Shown here in pieces: positions 50,453 to 64,000 of a stretch of 64,000 nt of DNA. The stretch spans positions 11,842,001 to 11,906,000 of the forward strand of contig NC_043008.1 of assembly GCF_006345805.1 (NCBI RefSeq), written 5' to 3'. This DNA comes from Octopus sinensis. Taxonomy: Eukaryota. Position 1 is the first letter of the stretch, and the number at the start of each line of letters is the position of its first letter. The position numbers were made by a program, and so were the translations under genes. The notes below the pieces were generated by a model. It worked only from the letters and a program-made list of their open reading frames with translations. It ran no database searches and was not told the origin of the DNA.

Positions 50453-50759
50453 GGAGTATAAATAGCTTTAATACTTTGTTTGAATCTGAGTTTACTTAAT
50501 TCTATATGTTTGTTTAGTAAACATCGTTTACTTTCATTAGCCATGGATATTTAGGACATAGAGGTGAGACGTTTCATGATGCAGTTACCCATAGCTCTTT
50601 ATTGATACGGATGATAACTCACCTATCAGAAAAAAATTGTTAGGGGAACTGATGTGTAGAACTCTACCATGTCCAAATGTGTTTGAACAGTTTATGGCGT
50701 GACTATTATACACCGAATGACGAATGATTAACTGTTATGTAGTTGCTTGTCTGATTTTC

Positions 50760-51650
50760 GAATAGATATCTTCTCGGGTTATCCTTGATGCTTATTCATA
50801 TTTACCACGTTCGGTTTTCCTTCGTGAAAGGTCTTCTAATAAATTTCCTTTGCAGTAGTTTTACTGCTCTGTTGATTAGTCCATTTCTTACCAATTCCTT
50901 TTATCTTCGTTGTGTACGGGAGTTGTTAATTCTCGTGCTTGTTTCGCCTTAGCGTTATATATTTAAACCTTTGCTTTTTTAAAAAATATATGTCTCTTTT
51001 ATGCTGTCTCGGTTGTGTTCTTCTTAGTGTGTGTCTGACTGTTGTAACGAACTGTTTGCTAAATTTAAAATGTAACGACCTCTTTCGATATCCATACTGA
51101 ATCGAAATATAAACGTAATTTAGCCTGGAACCGTTTTCTAAATTCTTGAGAATTGCCTTCATTATCATTCCAATGAGACGTGCTGCGATATTTCCTCGGT
51201 GATAAATTGTGGGACAGAATTGCTTCTTCTAAAATCAATCATTTCTCGTTTGGTGTGTTTCATTATGGACGTTTGTAGTGTGCCACATTTTTATAACATA
51301 AACTTAATTACATCATCAGTATTTTGGGTTCGACATCCCGAGTGCTGCTTACTTGCCGGTAATGAGATTTCTTCTAGAATACTTCTATACGTGCCGTTCC
51401 TTTACGGTTTGTTTCTCGGTCAGTAAAGAATACTCGCCCTCACAGTAACTATTTATACTATCTCAAAGAAAGAGAGGTATATATAGATCGGTACCACTAC
51501 ACACACTTTTTTTCTCTTCTTGTTTTTTCTGTAGAAGAGCGTAGGCTCGAAACGTAAAAGACTTTTAATTTCCTGAGCGTTATACTAATACATCTGTTTG
51601 TTTTGTACACCACCTGTGCTTAGCCTCTTTTTTTCGTGAACTCTCCCCCT
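50760..51650. mobile_element. Probable decayed Penelope-like remnant (minus-strand ORF traces, plus-strand terminal repeat)
   Basis: GLINRAVKL and QG*PEKI resemble the PLE thumb motif L..RA...GYP; tail at 51500-51650 is shared with 25296-25400. Confidence 0.35.
51524..51561 (+). ncRNA. Hammerhead-like motif with non-canonical core (CTGTAGA)
   Basis: TTTTT-CTGTAGA-A-GAGC-GTAG-GCTC-GAAAC-GTA-AAAGA. Confidence 0.5.
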
Positions 51651-51725
51651 ATACATACATACATATATAATATATATATATACATACATACATATATATT
51701 ATATATAATATATATATATATATAT

Positions 51726-51777
<52 letters not shown>

Positions 51778-53329
51778 ACACACATATATATATATATATA
51801 TTATATAATATATATATATGTAATGGCGCCCACCCTCACGTCTATATATGTATGGACGGATGTATATAGAAATACAAGAATTATGTTAAGTATTTTATGG
51901 TATAGATGGTATATGTAAGTTGTTGGGAAAACTGTGAATTTTACTGCCTGTTTTTGTAAATCTAAGTTAATAAAAATGGCAATTGCATACGGATATGTCG
52001 AACAGAAATACGATATATTCTTATCACACAAATTGCAGCGGAATGACATATTAAATACAGCAACAAACATACAAATAAGCACACATCCACACATACATAA
52101 ATACACTAGATATATTCAGTTCACTCACATGCCTATTAAAGATACATGCATTGTATACATATGAAAATGTGTATGTATATGCGTCTTTATTATTTACTTT
52201 AGAATAGATACATACATGGATAAGCCTATACCGTTAATTCTACTGAAAATATGGAAAATATGGCAGATTTTAGCATTTATGAAATGACATTTCCGCGTAC
52301 TCTTAAGTGTGCACATAGATAGATATATGTAGGAATAAGTAAGTTAGACAGGTCAATATATAAAGTATATTAAATACTTGAAGTACAGAAAAGATATATA
52401 TATATATATATATATGTTTATTCACAAAAAGTTTCTATTTACACGGAATAGAGATGATATCGAGAATTAAAGGAGGTGATGAAAAGTATTACAAATCCAA
52501 CAGCTATTTCTTCATGCCCATTTATTTTTCAAGCCCATTTAATTCTCGAAGTCAGACCTTCTTGTATGTAAACATACATACACGTTTTGTATTTCATGTA
52601 TTTAATGTTCTTCATTCATTGATCTGTTTAACTTGCTTGTCGCTACATTTATTTCTCTTTCCGTTCAAGTTAAATCTCTCGAGTTTTACGAAGTGCATTC
52701 TATCTATGATAGTTATATACGCGTATATATACATTTATACAGACGCAAATTGCGCTTCCCAAAGACATGGTAAGCACCGGTCTTCGATGAAGGAGTCCCC
52801 TTTCAAATAATATATAATGTTTTTCACAGTAACCACTGTCACTGATGTAGAAAAACTGTCTGAAAACAATAATAAATGGTGGTATCTCTTATATGCCCTA
52901 AATTATAATTTTAATAATAATTATTACCTTTGAAGATTTTTATTTCCACGCTGGCCACCTGATAAGATGAATTTTAAATAACGATCTTATGCTGATACAT
53001 ATATAATATATATATATATAATATATATATTTATTTATTTATTATATAGAAGGATTCTACAGGACTAGAACTGTTTCATTCAAGAGAAATCTTCAGGAAG
53101 CTAGTTAACAAGAATTGTATTGGCATTTATACATTTAGGCAGGTTTAAAGGGGTGGTGGTGGGGGACTTTTTGGGGGTAGGCATAGCGCAAAATATCATA
53201 CTTGGGGGAGTGGTCAAGGAGTCAGTGTTAAATTAGATAAAATAATAAATAAAAAAAATAAAAAAATATATATAAAAAATATATAAAAAAAGGAATAAAA
53301 TTTTAGGTAAATAAGGAGATTCTCACTTA

Positions 53330-53705
53330 TACCTATGCACATATGTATACATATATACACACACACACATACAAACATATATACATATACATACACACAT
53401 ACATACACACACACATATACATATTATACACTTACACATACGTATACATATCTACACATACCATATATGTCTACATACACACACTCACATGCATACACGT
53501 ATACACACATGTTGTGTATATATACACACACGACCACACATACATATACACACAGAAAAATATATATACACATACACACACATACACACATACACGCATA
53601 CACACACATATCCACACACACACATGCACACACAGCACACTAGTCCCTATATACACATATATACACATACACACATATATATACACATACATACATATAC
53701 ATACA

Positions 53706-53749
<44 letters not shown>

Positions 53750-54149
53750 GTGTACCTATACATACCTACACATACACACATATATATACATACAAATACA
53801 GACCCATTCCCTAATTTTAATTTTATTATCTTCATTTATTACTTTTGTTATCTTTGACCGCTGGTCACAAACATCTTCGCTATGACAGCCAGTCCATTTA
53901 TCTGTCTACTTGAAAACAAGCACTCATTCACTCACGCACACTCTTTAGCACGTTACACTCACTCATTCGTACACTCATACACATACACGCACACGCACGC
54001 GTTATCATTCATACATACATCACATACATTCACGTATATACACATACGTACGCGTACCTACAGATTCATGTCTACACTCTTAGAAGGCTAGTCTATACAT
54101 ATACACCAATAAATATAATACACACACATACATATACACCTACATACAA

Positions 54150-54180
<31 letters not shown>

Positions 54181-54459
54181 CATATACACATATATATATA
54201 CATATATATATATATATACACATATACATACACATATACATATATATACATATATACACACATACACATACATACATATACACACATACACATACATACG
54301 TATACATACATACATACATCCATACATCCAAACATGCATACATTTATACACATACACACACCCACACGTATACATATACATACATATATATACACGCGCA
54401 TGCATACACATACAAATACATACACGTACGCATATACATATACATACATACACATACAC

Positions 54460-54508
<49 letters not shown>

Positions 54509-55161
54509 CATACACACACATACATATACAAACATACATATACAAATATACGCACACACATACATACATACTCATATACACATACACGCACATACACATG
54601 TACATGCGTACCCATACACACCACCCACGCGCGCGCATCCATATATACACGTAAGTACACCATGCGCAAAAGTATACATATATCTATGCTTACACATACA
54701 CACCACACACAACGCGCCCTCCTTATATTCATACTTACATGCATACTCAAAAAATAAGTAAATAATAAAATATATATACGCGCAGTTATTCATACATGCA
54801 TACTCAAAAAATAAATAATAAATATTAAGTATATGTACGTGCAGTTACTGATTATATAGACGGATACATACATATAAACTTACACACATACATATATATA
54901 TATGTATATATATATACATATATACACATATATATACATATACATATATATATACATATACACACATATATATACACATATATATATATATACATACTTA
55001 CACACATGTACAAATACATATACACATAGATAACTCTACTTACCTACATATACATAAACACACGAGCATACACGTATATGTACATATACACATACACATA
55101 CACACACATATATATATACATACATACATATACATACACACATATATACACACACACATAC

Positions 55162-55213
<52 letters not shown>

Positions 55214-55952
55214 ATATATACATACCACACACATATACATGTGTGCAAACATACATACATACTCATACACGCACACACACACTACATATACATATATACA
55301 CCCGCTTACACATATATATATATACATACACATATACATACATACATACATACATATATGCAACATACACATATTCACACATACACATATATACATATAT
55401 ACACATACATATACATTTACAAACATACATATTATATACATACATATATATATACAATATACACATATACACATACACACACATATATATGCATATACAT
55501 ACACATATATACCACACGTACACAATACACAATATATACATATATACATACATATCACACATACACACATATATATATTACATACATACACATACACATA
55601 CCTATAATATATATACACACATATACACATGCACATACTTATATCTCTACATACCCGCATATACATATATATATATATATATTATATACACACACATACA
55701 TAACCTATATACATGTATATATCACACACACATATATACACATCTACAATTTGTATCTACACTCACATACATGCACATACACATAACTCTATCATACCTA
55801 CATATACATCGACATACTCGCGTACACTCATATATATACACATATATACATATACACACACACATACATATACATATACATATTATATATATAATATATA
55901 CATAAATACACATATACACACACATACATATCATATATATATATACACACAC

Positions 55953-56021
<69 letters not shown>

Positions 56022-56379
56022 CATACACACATACATACATGTACATATATATATATATATATATACACACACATACATACACATATACATATATCCAACA
56101 TTGAGGGTAAAGTTAATTAGTTATTAATCAATTTCACCAAGTATTCAGTATGTAAAAGGACCATTATTTTTTTGAGTAAACAATGTCTGAGAGAAAAATA
56201 TTCTCTAAGTAGTGGAAGAGGCTAAAAAACTTTTTTGGCTGCTATTTCTAGAAAGTTCAGTAAGTGGCAAAGTAATTTATTTTACTAAGCTCTAATTATA
56301 TAATATTTTATACATACATACACATACATACACACATACATATACACATACATATGCATACACACATATATACATATAT

Positions 56380-56416
<37 letters not shown>

Positions 56417-56435
56417 TACATATATATATTATATA

Positions 56436-56474
<39 letters not shown>

Positions 56475-56480
56475 CAGACA
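53330..56480. repeat. ~3.1 kb degenerate CA/TA alternating purine-pyrimidine region
   Basis: Direct inspection; brief unique interruptions. Confidence 0.93.
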
Positions 56481-57467
56481 CAAAAAGTAATATTCAACGC
56501 GTTTCATCTTTCTGTTGCCGGATTCTGACACAAGAGAAAGCGTTCTGATGATCACACGTGCTCTTGTTCGCGTTTGAGAAAATGTTAACTGTAAGATTTT
56601 CGAGACAAACTGTTAAAATAAATATTTGAACTCCCCTAAGCATGCTGAGAGTTCCTTTATTCTTTACACGAGTCTATATAACTATACGTACATGCAAAAA
56701 TATACGCACACGCACTCTCAAAGATACATATATAGCCCTATATGTGTGCATGTATATAAATATATATGTGTGAGTGCGTGTGTATATATTATGTATTAGT
56801 GTATGTGCCTCATTTCCAGTGTGTATGTGTATGTGTGAAGCTGCTAGTGGAGTATTGGTTGCTGATGTAATAATATGCTTTAATTGTCAGAATATCCTCG
56901 GCAAAATACCGAGGTGATACGAACCGAGGCGCCATTACTTATTTAGTTTGAGATAAAGAAATGTATTTGTTCACATTTCATTTCTGCTTTATGCGAAGCT
57001 GCTTAGGTGAATTTATCACGCATTAACGCACAAGCACACATGTGTACGTACACATGCACACACACACACACATATGTGTATATATATATATAGGCATGGT
57101 TATTTTTATGTATGTGTATATTTATCACACGTTTCTGTTTATCTGTCAGTTGCGTCATGTAAGGAATATCTATATATCTTTTCCCCTAAAGCCAGAACAA
57201 GTCAGATCTAACGTGTTCTTAGTTCTGTGGTTGGCATGCCAGAATTAAGTCTAGTTTTAAATTCTATGGTAATACTGTTGTACCTAAGTAGTTAAAGTAA
57301 TATCATTTAGCTATTCTATCATTTTTTTTCTATGGATAGGAATCGTGTAGATAATGTATATATTTTATTATTACAAATAAATCGAACAATTACGTACTGT
57401 TTCCCTGTTCCTCTTTATATTTTGTTTTAAAATCTTCCACAGTTTTCAATAGGTTTCAATAGGTTTC

Positions 57468-57513
57468 ATAAGTCCTGGGGTCTATTTGTTCGACTAAAAG
57501 TGGTGCTCCAGCA
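57468..57513 (+). mobile_element. Short SINE A 3' fragment
   Basis: ATAAGTCCTGGGGTCTATTTGTTCGACTAAAAGTGGTGCTCCAGCAT. Confidence 0.7.
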
Positions 57514-57568
57514 TACTTTCTTATCATTTTCCTGTTTACCATGTTTGTTATATTTATAATTGTTATTG

Positions 57569-58123
57569 AGACTATTCATTTGAGACTTTGTGAAGATATA
57601 CTATTTCATTATATATTTCTAACTCTCTACTTTTAACATTATTATTTTTGTATTTATTTTTAATATGATGTTCAGTGGTGTTGCAATTCTTATTGTACTT
57701 AATTTCATACTTATCTCCTGCCTTCATAATTGCTATATTGTAATGATATTTGTGTTTATTAAATACTTCTTCGTTTGAAGATAGGTGATTGATTCTTCTC
57801 TCTATATTTTTACTACGGTTTTCTATGATATTATGTGGATGGGTACTGTTTGTGTTTATATATCTAACGTTAGCGTTAGGTTTTTGATAAGGTTGGTAAA
57901 TACCTGTTTTATGGTTAAATTTAACCTCAAGGAAGGTTCCTGAGATATTATAGTCCTCGGTTCTTAAAGAATGTATGTAGTCTCTTGTCATTTTCCAATT
58001 TTCTATTACTATTTTCCCTTATTAAGAATAGGGCGTCGTCTCGATATAGTCCCCTTTCTAATTCAGGAAACACCTCCTTAAACTTATGTTGTAGATAGAT
58101 ACCGACTAAGTCGTTTGCCTTAG
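57569..58123 (-). mobile_element. Penelope-like element reverse transcriptase fragment (one frameshift)
   Basis: ANDLVGIYLQ..KEVFPELERGLYRDDALFL...LHTFFKNRGL / TFLEVKFNHKTGIYQPYQKPNANVRYINTNSTHPHNII...RRINHLSSNEEVFN...YNIAIMKAG: YRDD catalytic motif and S.HP thumb motif. Confidence 0.88.
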
Positions 58124-58633
58124 CGGGATTTTATGACAGTTAAGCAAAAACTTATATTTGAAAATTCATTCACATCCTTATTTGGATTCCTCGTCGTACA
58201 TACAAATACAGCCTTTCCAGTATTATAATTCATTTAAGGAGATTTAAATAGACACACATATAGAAATTCATGGAGAGAAAGTCAGTTTTTTAATATTACA
58301 TATATCAGCGCCCACATATATTTCTTAGTCTTAATTCAAATAGGCATGACTGCGAAACCGACTGCCTTAATCCAATACGATAATGTACTTCTGACGTCCT
58401 TTCTTAGTTTTTATACCAGCCTCCGATGAGTAGAAATATGACATTTACGATTTTCTCTTATGAATATCTGAGTCTTTTTGTACGATACAAATTGTATAGC
58501 AGCATGAAAAATACAGACTATAATCCATTTTAACATCTAGTCTCCTCCGTTACGTAAATATGGATGAATTTGTTGAACAGTGTTTAATACGTTAAATCAT
58601 ATACTTAATATATATATATATATATATACAATT

Positions 58634-58912
58634 AAAAAAATACCTTTTATAAATTCAAAATGAACAATTAAATTACACCATCTAGAAAATTACATATAAT
58701 AGAAAAATTTTAATTAAAATATCTATAAAATGTCAAACATTAAGTAAATTGCAAAAACAATAATACAAAGTATATAATTTTTGAATTATTTTTTGCAATT
58801 TACTTAATCATTGACATTTTATTGCTATTTTAATTTTAATTTTTCTATTATATGTAATTTTCTAGATGGTGTAATTTAATTATTCATTTTGAATTGATAA
58901 AAGGTGTTTTTT
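58634..58912. repeat. ~280 bp AT-rich palindrome (130 bp arms, 20 nt spacer)
   Basis: 58634-58763 is the near reverse complement of 58784-58912, e.g. AATTAAATTACACCATCTAGAAAATTACATATAATAGAAAAATT. Confidence 0.92.
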
Positions 58913-59682
58913 CCTAATTTTTATATATATATATTATATTGTGTAAAATTTGATTTAGTATTCCTAAATTGAATTTTTTTCCCTCTAAATTTGGATTTAT
59001 ATTCCCTCAAATAATAATTATTAATTATAATATTATATATATATATATATTATATATATATATATTCTATATACACTGAGAGAGGCAGAGAGAGAGAGAG
59101 AGAGAGAGATACATATATGTATACATAAACGGGCACTATATATGCATTCAAGAATAATATGTCTGTTCAATGCACGAGCACGTGTGTGTTGTTAGGTTTG
59201 CTTTTGTATGCAAATATATACACAGATGTGATTTATATAGCTTCTGCGAATTGTTTTCCCAATGGTCATTATTGAAAAATATATTGGCATGAAAATAAGG
59301 ACCAACGCATTATTGGATGAAGAGTTAAATCTTTCCTTATTTTTAAAGCAGAGAGAAAGGCCGTAATACTTACATCAGTTCTCTAAATATCTGTTTGGAC
59401 AAACTTACTGGCACGAAGCCTCGGAAAATTACTTTGAACGAATGCCATTAATTTCGATAAAGTGTTGAACATTTCCTTCAGTGTGGTGTTAAAAATCGGT
59501 GCGATCTCTCCGGAGAACCGCTTGTAAATTGACATCTTCAGCCATAAAGGTATCATTTAAGGTTCATTTATATTTGATGGATTCATTGCTTTTCGCCACT
59601 AATTTGCACCAATTTATCTTTCGATTCGCGTCTATTAAGGTTATTTTTACTCGTGTTGCCGTAATAGTATTTGATGCTGCGG

Positions 59683-59974
59683 TTCTTCTTCTTCTTCTTC
59701 TTCTTCTTCTTCTTCTTCTTCTTCTTCTTCTTCTTCTTCTTCTTCTTCTTCTTCTTCTTCTTCTTCTTCTTCTTCTTCTTCTTCTTCTTCTTCTTCTTCT
59801 CCTTCTTGTTCTTCTTCTCATCCTCCTCCTCCTTCTTCTCCTTCTTCTTCTTCTTCTTCTTCTTCTTCTTCTTCTTCTTCTTCTTCTTCTTCTTCTACTC
59901 CATCATCATCAGTATCAGCAACGGCATCGTTGTTGTTATCATCATCACCATTATTATTATTATTATTATCATCA

Positions 59975-60024
<50 letters not shown>

Positions 60025-60067
60025 GTTATCATTATTATTATCATTATTATTATTATTATCATTATTA

Positions 60068-60101
<34 letters not shown>

Positions 60102-60195
60102 CATCATCATTATTATTATAATATTATTATTATTATTATTAATAATTATCATTATTATTGTTATTATTATTATTTTATCATCATTGATTATATTA

Positions 60196-60250
<55 letters not shown>

Positions 60251-60380
60251 ATTATTGTTATCATTATTATATCATTATTATTATTATTATTCTTATCATT
60301 ATCATTATCATATCATCATTATTATTATAATTCTTCTTCTTATTATTATTATCATTATTATTGTTATTATTATTATCATC

Positions 60381-60432
<52 letters not shown>

Positions 60433-60478
60433 ATCATCATCATTATTATTATTATTACTATTATTATTATTATTATTT
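59683..60478. repeat. (CTT)n tract grading into (CAT/TAT)n tract
   Basis: Direct inspection; source of the 340 aa poly-L/Y ORF. Confidence 0.96.
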
Positions 60479-60928
60479 CTTTTCTTCCTCTCCTTTTTCC
60501 TGCTTCTTGTCAAACACTTAATTGTTTTGCGATGCAATTTTTTTTGCGTTGATTATTATGAATTTTCATTTAACACATAGACACTGTGTAGATTTAAGAA
60601 TTCAAATATCTAGGGATATAAAAACATGCATACATCATATACCCCACCCCATACATACATACTTACATTGACATACATATACACACATACATACATATAC
60701 ACGCACGCACACATACATTTATACACAGGTAAATGAAAATGTATATAAATATTTATGCTACAGGTGTGTGTGAATACACACACATATAGCCCCCCCCCAC
60801 ACACACACATTAGGAATTTCTTAATTAGTGTATTAGTTACAATTATTTGCTTCGGTTTTTTACTGTTACACATCTCACTTTTCTCTTGGTAACTTCCCAC
60901 CAGACTTTCCAATTATTTTTTATTGCCC

Positions 60929-60968
<40 letters not shown>

Positions 60969-62716
60969 GTGTATGTGTGTGTGCGTAAACGACTGTGTGT
61001 TTGTGTGTGTGTTTGTGTGGATGTCTTTGTGTCTGAGCACTTATGTTTATATGTACATATATGGGTGTGTATGAAAAAGGAGGAAAGGTGAGAGACATAC
61101 AAGTGTTTCTCGTATAGATTATCTCCTGTTCATTAATACTTCATTCTATATTGATGACCACCAAAATGAGAAAAATAAATAAGGTTAACAGTTATATGTT
61201 TCCCACAAACACAACTTTTTTTTAAAAACGTATGCTGCAATATATTGCTGTGCTATGTTCTTTTATATTTTTTTTTCATTTTATACCTCCATAGAAAGCA
61301 TCGGCTTAAACTTTCCGGTACCTCTTACAAGTATAATACTTACTTTGCTTTTCGTTTTCTCTGGGTCATTAAAATCTAAGCCAGTCATACATTGCTTCAT
61401 ATGTGATACGTTGTATTCATTCTTACCAAACTTGATGTTCGGGTCTAAGGAATAGTTCAGTATTCTAGTGTTTTCAATATTTCATTTTGCTTGTGTAACG
61501 AGTGCAATTCCATTTATAAAACCATATTTGGAAATGTAAGATAACAACGGAAAATATTTAATATATTTAAAGGTAGCTTCTAGGAAAATAGAAAAAAATA
61601 TTAAATGTAAAATTGTTTTCGAACTCAATAGCTTGTATTTTCACGAAAATTTCAATAGTTGTTATATTGTCATATGTAAAAGGCCATAAAGATAAGTCTG
61701 GTTCTACTAATTATTTAAAATGAAATGAAATCATAGCATGTTTGTACTACTAATAGCAGGTCATGTATTTTCTTCAAAAAATTTCAATTGCTTCTCCTTC
61801 ATGTATATTTTGTCTTGAGAACTCAGCAAAATACAAATATTAAATATGCTTTTGTGTCTTTGAATACTACACAAAAGTAATTATATATGCACGTGGCTGT
61901 GTGCGTGTGAAGTTGCATTTGTATAGTTGTGTGTATATGTGTGTCTCTCTGTGCGTCGTTCTGGAAAAAATGTCACTCTGATTTCGACAGCTGCCTACAC
62001 GCTTCAAATTCATTATTAAATACGAATCACCTTTCATCAAAATCCACTTTGTAGAAGCATGACTATATCAGAATCTTAATAACTCAGTCTGTCGAGTTAT
62101 TACATTCTAGAATTCCGCCTTCTCTTTTAAGTATTTTGATATAAGATGCAATCTTTGCATATGAAACGGCGCAATTGCTGAATTATGTTAGGCTATACCT
62201 GCTTATCTTCATTTAAAATATTAAGACAAAGTCGATTCCAACATGGAGACCAACTTCATGGAACTATGACGGCACGATGAGTAAACGCTGCATCTCTAAA
62301 TGGAAACCTTACCTGTATCTGTGGCTTTGTGGAACGAAGCAAAGCAGGCCTTTCCGTCCACTCCACAAACAATTTATGGTTTAGCACTCAAGCAAACTGA
62401 GTCATCCACTTTTACCATTTGACAAAATTTGCAAGGCACAAGCAGGCCTCATAGCAGGTTCGTGTCCATAAAACATGATTGATGCATTATTTTATTGAAC
62501 CCTCATTCGTCGACGTTTACGAAAAGAAAACCCATCATTGTCCGTATGTATGTGTGCATGTGTATATATCTTATAAATCTATCCGAAATGGCTGTATTTG
62601 TTTAGGCAAATATTACAGAGTGTAATTGCAAATCATATCACTGTTATTGTTTCGTACATTGAACATCACCGTATCTCACCTGCAAGATATTTTTTTATTT
62701 TTAAAAATTGTATCTA

Positions 62717-62755
62717 GTTACAGCGCACGAGCTGTGGCCATGCAGGGGCACCACC
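62717..62755 (-). mobile_element. Isolated 3' tail module related to the SINE A tail
   Basis: GGTGGTGCCCCTGCATGGCCACAGCTCGTGCGCTGTAAC on the minus strand. Confidence 0.65.
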
Positions 62756-62810
62756 ATAAAGCTGCAGATACATCATATAAAAAACTGTTACTCAGAGCTT
62801 CGCGTTACTG

Positions 62811-62955
62811 TTCGTCTGACAAAGAAAACTATCTGACGGACGGGAATGTGAAACTCCGAGTAACAATAACTGTGATATCTTTGCAGCTTTATTAATAAAG
62901 CATATTACTCTGCCTCCGGTATTCGAGTACTATTTTTTCCACCTTTATTCACTTT
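62811..62955 (+). mobile_element. Penelope-type terminal-repeat fragment with decayed hammerhead (62811-62867)
   Basis: CTGACAA core remnant, GAAA, stem III ACTC-C-GAGT, A, ACAAT; stem II not foldable. Confidence 0.4.
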
Positions 62956-62976
62956 TATGCGTTTACTCTGGTATAC

Positions 62977-62978
62977 AC

Positions 62979-63068
<90 letters not shown>

Positions 63069-63160
63069 TTGTATCTGTGTGTGCGTATGTTTGTGTGTGT
63101 GAGTGTGTGTGCGTGTGTATGTATATATATATATATATAATATTATATATATAATAATAT
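62977..63160. repeat. (TA)n-(TG)n microsatellite
   Basis: Direct inspection. Confidence 0.95.
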
Positions 63161-64000
63161 AATATATGAGATTACAAAGTAAAAATCTATTGTCTAATGA
63201 ACTTTATTTACTTGCAGTTGTTTCCGCTATAACATACGTTGGACCCGCAGTTGAATGCCTGAGGAATACATTTTAGCTTCATCGGAGCCTCAAAGACTAG
63301 GTGCAAGTTATTTGGGGAAAAAAAACAAGCATTTTTACATATACACAAGAAGAGGAGTAGCAATGAGAACACACATGTGAGGGGTGAAATTCAGGGACTC
63401 GTCCAACAATTTAAAAAATATTAATAAAAAAAATGTGATTACTGATGGTTATACGAATGCGTCGAGCTGAATCAGTAAAAAATGTGTAATCAAATGAGAT
63501 ATACGCACAAACATTCATATGATAAAGGGGAGACGAAGAGTGAAGGAGAGAAGAGGGAAAAAGAAATGCATTGAGAACGAGATATCAACACATTTCAGAG
63601 AATCATTATGGCTTTTCAAGATTAGATTTGGCCGGAGTGAGCAGGTTGGGGTAGAATAAGTAGGAACTATACTTTGTGTGTATGTGTGGTGGTGCTGATA
63701 AAACGATGGTGGGGGAGAAGGAAGGGTTGAAAAGAGTGTTGATAGATAATAGACAAACCAGAACAGAAAACATATGGCCACAAGACCAGAATATGTGTTT
63801 CTAAATGAGTCCAGAGATATTTACGGATATATATGAACGTATAAATATATACATGCACATACAACCGAATATACACACATATACGCATCCACATACATTC
63901 ACACACACAAACATATACACATAGATGCATACACACACATAAATGTATATACACTTATATATATATATATATGTATATATATATTATATATATATATATA

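Noticed and set aside
53064-53105. Minus-strand CTGAAGA...GAAACAGT hammerhead-like core
   Set aside because: Stems I and II do not pair in register; at most a decayed PLE-type repeat
53335-56120. Many His/Tyr/Cys/Val-rich ORFs
   Set aside because: CA/TA dinucleotide region; no real coding signal
59499-60552. 340 aa poly-L/Y/I ORF and poly-R/F ORFs
   Set aside because: Trinucleotide-repeat artefacts

Overview
Eukaryotic, very AT-rich, repeat-saturated non-coding DNA. It is most likely an intron or intergenic stretch of a coleoid cephalopod (Octopus-like); this is inferred from the SINE families and microsatellite load and was not verified by search. No host protein-coding gene could be recognised, and nearly all long ORFs in the track are artefacts of microsatellites or SINEs. 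The sequence supports the following content. (1) Four or five tRNA-headed SINE families, labelled A, B, C/D and E here, many with target-site duplications, dimers and chimeras. (2) Decayed autonomous elements: R4/Dong-like RLE LINEs, an RTE endonuclease, a mariner transposase and a Penelope-like RT with a YRDD motif. (3) Two MITEs with clean TIRs and TSDs. (4) A large AT-rich palindrome. (5) Very long simple repeats. The most interesting signal is RNA-structural: about nine minimal type I hammerhead ribozyme (HHR) motifs, ranging from intact to decayed, in at least five unrelated sequence contexts. Two intact copies lie in the 3' tail of a tRNA-headed SINE that occurs as head-to-head inverted pairs, the hallmark of Penelope-like insertions. 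A second notable structure is a tRNA-Ala 3' half fused to a SINE inside one target-site duplication. Family names were assigned from memory and all folds were done by eye.
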